In this document: positions 23,251-37,133 of the stretch, in pieces
Layout: each line of letters begins with the position of its first letter
How positions within the stretch are numbered: the first letter of the stretch is position 1
Assembly (NCBI GenBank): GCA_051294375.1
Contig: CM119264.1
Location: forward strand, 1,950,661 to 1,987,793
DNA: 37,133 nucleotides
Direction of reading: 5' to 3'
Source of the DNA: Paraspadella gotoi
Lineage: Eukaryota > Animalia > Chaetognatha
Program-made: the position numbers and the translations under genes
The notes under the pieces: generated by a model
The model's input: the letters and a program-made list of their open reading frames with translations, nothing else
Told to the model about the DNA's origin: nothing
Database searches by the model: none

Positions 23251-23987
23251 CCGGTTATACCCTAGACTAGTTTCTCTAGGTATTAATTTGACCCTCTAGG
23301 GTCTGTACATAAAACTTCAGGTGTGCATTTCCTTCCTAGAAAAGTAATACGAAAGGGGTGAATAATATAGGCAAATTAGACAAAAGATTAATTATCACAA
23401 GGAAATTATTTAGTTCTATTGTTTATTGTACAAATAATAAGACTCACATAGTTGATCAACGCTGTTTCGTTGTAGGCCACGCTATCTGTATCCTGCGTGA
23501 TGACGTCGTTTACCCTTGGCAAAAAAAAATTGGGAAACGAAAGAAAGAGAGATGATTGCTATACAAATTTATATCTAAAGATACATTTAATTAACTATTT
23601 AAAAATATTGAATCTATATTTTCTTACCGTACTCTCTCTACGACTTTTTAATAAGTCCTTTATACTTGGGCAAATGCACTTTTTGAGACCATTCGCTCTC
23701 GCGTCTGTTAAACAATTAAAAAAAATTAAAAAAAGACAAAGTAACACTGTAAATATTGACCTAGTTTATAGCACAAAACAAATCGAATGCAACAAACAAC
23801 GCAACAATGCAAAACAAACAAAACAAAACAATGCAAACAAAACAATGCAACTGACACTTACAATCTTTGCTTCATTTGGGCGATCTCCTCTTTTGACGTT
23901 TGACGACCGTTGACGTCCCTCCATGTAGCGGGTGTCGACTGTCGACATCTTTTTTTCTATAAAAAAAAAGAAAATCGAAGTCTGAAA
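23251..23987 (+). repeat. Copy of 19047-19785, ending near an N-gap
   Basis: Colinear with 19047-19785, differing mainly by 1-bp indels. It starts at the same hairpin. Confidence 0.92.
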
Positions 23988-24023
23988 ATTCTCTCATCTN
24001 NNNNNNNNNNNNNNNNNNNNNNN

Positions 24024-24930
24024 NGTGGGGGGGTTGGTTTGGCGATGGTGGGATCCTCATAGTATGGTTGTGCTTTCGGTAGCTTGGACTCCTTTAGGTA
24101 TTTCTCGTAGTCGACCAGGATTTTGAAAATTGAGAAGACTAGGGCGAGACATTTTACTGGGACTATTCCTTTCTTAAGTGCTAGTGAAACGACTACTGTT
24201 GCTATCAATGTGTATGCTGCGAGGTTAGTTTCGGCCATAAGTAACTTACTTGTAACGTGAGTCCGTGTAGCTTGTGGTCACTCTCGTATTCTTCCAATTC
24301 TATAAGTTTTTGAACCGATGTTGAGTTGAACAACTCAGTTACGTCCTCCTCAAAATCGCCTTTGAAAAGGCCGCTAGTTAGTGATCTCAGTGTCTGTGAC
24401 ATAAGGCTACCTATTTCTATCTGCTCAGCCGCGAGCCTGATGAAATCGTGTTCATGTTGGCGTCGCCAGGTGGCCGTGCAGTCTGTTTTTGGGATGTAAT
24501 CAAATAGGAGTGATGTGGAGTTGCAAAGGAATTTTATCTTGCCGTTTGGCAGTCTATGGGGTGGGTACTGGTAGCATTCCCCTTCTTAGTGTATTGGGGT
24601 TATCGTGGTCTCATGACATTGTAGCAACAACGCATTGTCGTTGACTACTGCGGCTACCAGGCCTCTGTCTGTCTTTGAATCTACTTCATTAAGTGAAACA
24701 TAGCCGTATTTTGACAATAAGGTGTAAACCATGTCAGCTTGCCATATGGCCCGGAAAGTGTGTCCTAATAAAACAAATTTGAACTCTTTTGGATTTTCGT
24801 TATCAATTTTTCTGTCTGCTCAGTGCTTAGGATCGTCGTGCGGCGGTCAGAGCAGTCAAAGCCTGACAAAGCGGCCGTGGGATTGGTTGAAATGAGGGAG
24901 AAAAGGAAGATAAGGAGGGGAAGTGGGTTC
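24024..24930 (-). pseudogene. Decayed, internally shortened chuvirus-like glycoprotein/env
   Basis: The manual translation gives a signal-like LPLLIFLFSLI followed by ALSGFDCSDRRTTILS. After a frameshift comes GLVAAVVNDNALLLQCHETTITPIH*EGECYQYPPHRLPNGKIKFLCNSTSLLFDYIPKTDC and then LTSGLF. After another frameshift is a C-terminal hydrophobic segment. This is the motif order I recall for chuviral glycoproteins (GYDC; GxxAxVxGE..C..CY.xLP..FL..C; SG(I/L)Y). Confidence 0.62.
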
Positions 24931-27900
24931 GTGGCATCTTGCACTTTTGTTAGTGCAAGTGTATGGATTACAACTGGACCACGGGTATGTCGTGTGAGTG
25001 TTTCAGTGCTGGAGAGGTTATGAGAATAATATGGGAAACCAATATGGAAGTATTTACGCAATATGCGATCCCTTAGTGTGAGCTTGCGCGGCCATGGGAA
25101 AGGAGGCCAGCGCGGATGGAAAAGAAAAGGTGATGGGGAGGTATGTGGTGAAAGAAAGGAAACTAACGGTGGCTCTCGCCCTTCTATCTTCTGTCGGCTA
25201 CTTTTACAGTCTTAGAATTTTCATTGTTTATTCTTTAAGTTGTACCTAATAGACAACGCTATTGTTAAGTTTCAAAAAATCCAACCATAAATATAGAAAA
25301 TATTAACCAAAATCTTCGGAAAATCCACCCCTTCTTTGGAAGATTTTTGCCATATAAGATTTTTCCGAATCTGACTCCCGGTTGAAAACTCTTAGAATTC
25401 CGATCGTTAGCTCCTCTTTTACTTTTACTTTAAATAAAAATTTCACCAAAATGGACTAATTCACTTTACCATGATCGTATCATATTAAAATAACCAAATA
25501 AAATGTGAAGAAAAATTTTGAGAGCCCTTCAGACATATTGCTATCGGATTCCTGAATTTGAAGTTTATTGTAAAATTGACAACATACCTTAAATGCGTTG
25601 ACATTGTATTGAAGTTGAGAAATCCCTTTATTTTATATATAAAAATTGTGTCAAAAATATTTTCCCGAGCTGACCAATCTATTTGAATCTGATAGTTTGA
25701 TGTCAAAATGATGGTTAATTGTCAAGAGAAAAAAAATGCGAGCCCTTGAGATGTAACAGGATCGGAATCAAGTGTTTTACATCTGATTTTTACCTGAATT
25801 TTTCCCAGGGGCGTTGACATTATTTGGTAGTCAGATTTTAATGAAAATCTCCATTGAAAAAAGTCTTCCTCGATTTCTAAGAACGACGTAGACTCCACTC
25901 AACGCTAGAGAGATTAAAGATGTAATGCAAAATGTGGAAGCAAAATGGAATTATTTACATAATATGTGGGTTCTAATTTTGAGGCTGCGCAGCTATGGGA
26001 AGGAGGCCAGCGCGTGTTGAGTTGTACCTAATAGACAATGGAAATCATATATCAACTAATCAAATTATATCATCATATGAATTTATATGTAGACCAAATG
26101 ACAAATGGTTGTTGTAGGGGGAAGTTCGGAGGGGTAGGGGAGGGGGCGAAGTGACCACTACTACGGTACGGGTAAGGTAAGGTGTCGTGTAGTAANNNNN
26201 NNNNNNNNNNNNNNNNNNNNAGTATTTACAATGTATTGATAGCTAGTTTTGCGCAGTCTTTATTTCGTCTAGTTGTTTATTCGTTGTCATGGCAGCGGTT
26301 CGATTCGATTTTCGTCGGCGGCTCGACCTCTCGTCGGGATCCTCTTCTTCGTCTTGCTCTTCCTTGTCCCTATGCTGCTGAGTGCGGTCTTCCTCGTCTT
26401 AACTTTGATCGGATTCGATCGGAGGCAATTTCTCAGAATTTAGTCGATTTACTCTTATAATTAGCGGAGTGGCTTTTCTTATGAAAGCCGAAACCGAGTG
26501 GTTAATGGTCCTCTTCCTGGTCAATGATTTTCCTTCTGGTCAGGGTCTTACTTCAACTGTTATGTGGCTGTGCTGCTCATTCTTCACTCACACTCAGAGA
26601 GAGAAGTTTAATTTATTTTTGACTCCTCCATTTCACTCTATTATTTTTGTGAATTAAAAAAAATTATTCTCGTCTAATTCCTGATTTAATTTTTATTCCA
26701 ATCTCAACTCAATTCTGCTAATCGCTCGGGCTGGTTTGGTCGTTGGTTGCAATATGCAAATGCATAAAACTTAGGAGCTGCTTTTTTTTCAAGAAATAGT
26801 CTTGCGCCTTCTGCCAATAGCCTTTAATAACTGCACCAACTCAGCTGAAGGAGCTTTTTTGCCCAGGCGTATTGAGATTGAACTTACCTCAACTTACCCC
26901 AGTATTTTCTCATAACGACGGCGCCACTTTATTTCGAAGAGATTCGAAACTATATTCCTGATCAACAGAGAAATAAAAAGATAGTTATTATTACCTCTAC
27001 TTTCTTTCATTCAAATTTTTGCTTTCAGTCAATTATTCATTTTCCTAAAATTTTCAGTATTTTAAAAAAAATATTTCTTTTTTTAAAAAATCAAATATTT
27101 TTTTTTAAATCTAAAAATTTTAGGAAAGGAAATATTTCATTCGTTGAGCTTTTTTTCAGAAATCAAATTTTCTTTTTAAATTTTAAAGATTTTAGGAAAA
27201 GAAATATTTCGTTTGTTGAACTTTTTTTTAAAAATCTGAAATTTATTTTGCAAACCCAAAGAGTTGTCGAAAGGGACGGCGAGACAGAGAGAGAGAATAA
27301 AAATTGTAAACTTTTCCAAATTTTGAAAAGTTGTTGAAATATTTTTAGAAAAATTAAAGAAAATAAAAAATTCGAAACTTTTCTTATTAATTTTAAAATA
27401 TTCATTTTGACTTTGTTTTCTTTCACTTTTATTTTTTCGACAACTTTTTTGTTTTGCAGTTAAAAAATTTTCGTTTTAAAATAAATCCAAAGATAATGGG
27501 AAATAAGTCTGAGACAAGAGAAAAGAAAGAGAGAAAAAAGTTTGAAAGTAGAAAAGTTTATGTTGAATGTTCCATGCCTAAATTGGGGCATGAAACATTC
27601 AACATAATTATTGGCAATATTCACTTTTGTTTTCTTCGATCGTTCGAGGTGAGAAGCAATTTCTCTAAGTTTTCGTCAATGCAGTCGGAGGTTAAGAAGC
27701 ATCATACTTTTTAATAAGATCCTTACCGTATCCTTACCTTATCGTAACAAAATTGGAGGAAAAATTTTAACAAAGAAATTAATAGTTGTCGGCAGATGGT
27801 ACATTTTACCGACTCTTCTTTTGAGTTTTTGGTTTGTTACATTTAAATATTTAATTATAACATTACGTTTTTATTAAAACTAAATTATTTTTTATTGATA

Positions 27901-29024
27901 GATTAATAATAAAATTTTTAACCAAAGTTGTTTTATTTGTTGTTTTTTTGTTGTTTTATATGGAGGGAGAAGATAATGAGTTAAGAATTCGATTCATTGA
28001 TTCACTAGCAATTAGTGAAAAGCAGATTTTACCAATTGATCCAACATTCTTTTAATTTTCGTAATTACTAAACCGGTATTACTTTTTAATTCTAATTTTC
28101 TCACTTAGTCGCCATCTTTTCTTTAGACTTTAGTACAATATTTAGTAATTATTGCTACAATTATGGAAGTAATTTACCTAATTCACTAGCAGTCATTCTT
28201 AATTTTATTTTCATATCTATATCTCTCTCTCATTCCTTTGTACTACATGACAGTTGATTTATCATATCACATTCCAAAGAATTATTTAAAAATTAGAATT
28301 TAATTCTTATCAGACTTAATTTGTTATAAATATAATATAAATGTAACCTAATTGTTTCACAGTATTTTCTTAGTTTGTGATGAATTAAATTTGTTTTGGT
28401 ATTTGTATTGGCATTCCCGATTATAATACTTTTTGATACGTATGTAGATTAAAATTTTCATGAATAGAACTGATGATTTACATTTTTTAGGTCTAATGAT
28501 ACTATTTAAACTATTCAATTAGCGATTGTAATATTTTTTGTGATCGTAATCGTAACATTTCAAAATCAATTATAAAATTCTTTTTACATCTTGTGATTGT
28601 AACTGTAATTCTGTACCAAGAAATTTCATATTTGTACATGAGGAAAAATTGAAAATATTAGATGAGCTAGTATACATTTTATAGTTATACATACGTAGAA
28701 GTTGTGTTTCTCCTTTTTTAGTTAAAAAATCATTATACGATAATAAAAAAAAATAACATTTTCTATTAACTATTTCTACGTTTTCTTCTATTATTCCAAT
28801 AAAGTTAGTCTTAAATCCATGGTAGCGAGCTAGATATATCATTGTGGCGACGCGCCACATCATAATTCAATGAGAACAAATTTCACGCTATTTCAATGAA
28901 TGTTCAATTAAGAGAGAGAACTGAATGGAAAAAGGGTTGTCATACAATTTAATTCATTGTAGGTTAGTTTATTAGTTAATTCATCTCGGCCTAGTTTAAA
29001 TTTCTTTTCTCAATGAAGCGCGAA

Positions 29025-34853
<5,829 letters not shown>

Positions 34854-35072
34854 TTTTTTATATTTTAATTTGAAATAAAAATTAATAGGAATATTGACAT
34901 TGAGCACGACGTTGAGTGCTTTTTGAGCTTTTTAAAATGTAATAAAAAACTATAGACTCTGTACTTTGAACGGAGAGATAAAGACATTGGATAAAGCCAC
35001 TCATTACCGATCGGAGAAAAAAATAAACCAAACCTAGCACAGATTCGATTGTTCTTTAAATGGGCAAAGCAG

Positions 35073-35073
<1 letters not shown>

Positions 35074-35110
<37 letters not shown>

Positions 35111-35500
35111 CAAGAGAGATGCAGAGAGAGAGAGAGAGAGAAGGAGAGAGAAGAGGAGGCAGAGAGAAAGGGAGACAGAGTAGAAGGGGGGAGAGAGGAG
35201 GAGAGAATGGAGAGAGAGGAAAGGAGAGTGAGAGAGAAAGAGAGAGAGAGGAGAGAGAGAAAAGAGGAGGAGAGAGAAAGGATGAGAGCTATGAAGAGAA
35301 AGAAGAGAAGAAGAGAAGGAAGGGGAGGAGGAAAAAGAGAGAGGAAGAGAGAAAGGAGGAAGGGAGAGAGAGAGCAGGAGGAGGGAGAAGAGATGGAGAG
35401 AGAGAGAGACGGACAGAGAGAGAGAGGAAGGGGAGAGAGAGAGAGAGAGAGAGAGAAAGTGAGCACAAACATTGGTGAGAAAATATTGACACTCTCTCTC

Positions 35501-35552
<52 letters not shown>

Positions 35553-35670
35553 GGTCCTCTTTCTCGCGATTCCCGAGATTTTCTCTACATCGATTTCATC
35601 TTTAATCGTCCTCTCCTCTTCCTCCTCCTCCTCTTTTCCTCTTTCCTCCTTTTCATTTCTTTTCTCATCC
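35074..35670. repeat. GA-rich then CT-rich low-complexity tract
   Basis: (GA)n/purine tract 35074-35460, then a (CT)n tract. Similar tracts lie at 32690-32870 and 4930-5000. Confidence 0.9.
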
Positions 35671-37133
35671 TCCTTATTCCCCCTTTCAACATANNNNNNN
35701 NNNNNNNNNNNNNNNNNNNNNNNNNNNNNNNNNNNNNNNNNNNNNNNNNNNNNNNNNNNNNNNGGGGGGGCAGTGAAATAAGGGGGGAAGTATCACGATG
35801 AGGGCCAATGAAGACGTCAGCGAACATAGGATAGAAAACTTGAATCTGATTTCCATCTGAATTTAATAATCATATTGATAGTAATAATACAGAAGGTGGA
35901 TATATATCTAGGAAAATGAATAAGTCGCCAAATGCTTTTCTAGTTTTAGTATAGTTTAAGTTTTTGTTTTAGTTTAGTATAGTATAGTAACTTTTACATC
36001 CTTTCGACTTTGAGAGTTGTAAATAAAAGCTCGCAGGGTCCTGCAAAGTTATCTAGACTTAGCCCATCATTCCCATCATCAGGGGCAAGATAGCTTATTA
36101 ATTAATTGAATGAATACATTTTATATTTGCTCGTACCGATTTCCTTGTTAGTAATTTTACAGAAAGTTGTTCTAATTTCGGGCATGAGTCATAACAAACG
36201 ATTTCAATGACTCAATAAAAGTGATTTAACCGCGATGTCATTGCAGATGTCATTGCAGATGTCATTGCAGTCCATTCGCAAACATCAACAGAATACAAAT
36301 TGCGGCATACGGAAACGAGACCTGAATACGAAATGAATTCGGGCTGAATTGGATCTGAATGCGAGATTCATCCGTCGCTTCGTATCTAAAGATCAAATCT
36401 GAGATTTCCGTTTGACGATGAAGTCTAATTTAATCCGCGGAATTTCGACCGAAAAGAGAGATAAAGAGAGAAAGATAAAGATAAAGATAAAGAGAGAAAG
36501 ATAATGATTCTATTAGCGATTAATGTTTATTATCACGGATGCCGCTGCATCTCAAACTTTTTCGGACCGTCATTTTAACCCTAACTTAGGGTTAATTTTT
36601 ATGTGGAAGACAATGTCGCGAGCAGTTCACCGTTCGTTGCGCATAAGTTTGAGAACTATTTTTTTTAGGTCAACAAGATAGACGAATTCACAACACAGAC
36701 CTCACTTGAAGTGAGAAGTGAGATCGAACAAGGTCATGATATCACTCTTAGAGGGACGAGGAGAAAGGTGTTGGCTGTAACGCTTCGGCACGTGAAGATC
36801 GCTCCAAGAATGCAGGCGCAAGATCTGCGCGCGAGGTACGGTGAAGATTTTGCACATCAAGATTTTCGTGTGTTTGACTTGAAATGAAAGAGTTAAGGCG
36901 ATCTCGACAGTCAATATGTAGTTTTTTAAAGAGGGTCTCACTGGAAAAAGAAACGGAAAGAGTAATCATTAAAACAATTCTATTCTTGCTTAACTTTGAC
37001 AGTAAGAAAGTCTTTGGGGTTCTATAAGTTGGGGAAACTGAGGCAGACTATCACATCAAAGCTACGTAGCGAATGTTGATTTTCAGATCTGACTCGAAAA
37101 AGATTTAAAAAATAAAAAAAAAATCTGACTAGT

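Noticed and set aside
28304-28322. Extra U2-like motif TTCTTATCAGACTTAAT
   Set aside because: Short, isolated and AT-rich, so it could arise by chance.
34865-35605. Long ORFs rich in L/S or E/R
   Set aside because: Translations of (GA)n/(CT)n microsatellites.
36575-36593. TAACCCTAACTTAGGGTTA as a telomere fusion remnant
   Set aside because: Only about one repeat per side, too short to support.
36669-36969. Exon-like GC-richer segment near the window end
   Set aside because: Open frames and acceptor-like sites exist on both strands and no motif was recognised, so neither strand nor product can be supported.

Overview
AT-rich, intron-containing eukaryotic (probably invertebrate animal) scaffold with four N-gaps. 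The right end carries a minus-strand SLC26/SulP-family anion transporter gene: 11 exons were traced by hand from 34853 to about 29025, no STAS exon was found, one splice junction is defective, and one exon end is tandemly repeated. The left ~28 kb is a nest of mobile elements. It contains a solo LTR with a 4-bp TSD, a related 3' LTR with its polypurine tract preceded by orphan ORFs, and a 2.97-kb hAT-type element with an 8-bp TSD that splits an ORF. It also contains TA-flanked MITEs, long inverted repeats around a decayed orphan gene, Helentron/DINE-1-like terminal hairpins and a decayed chuvirus-like glycoprotein (env) fragment. The most unusual signal is an array of about 7-9 degenerate U2 snRNA 5' fragments separated by unrelated A-rich spacers (10784-11920), partly duplicated at 2621-2740 and followed by B-box repeats and phased CRE/ETS motifs. 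No transposase, RT, integrase or RepHel coding sequence was recognised. All family assignments come from motif recognition by eye, not from searches.
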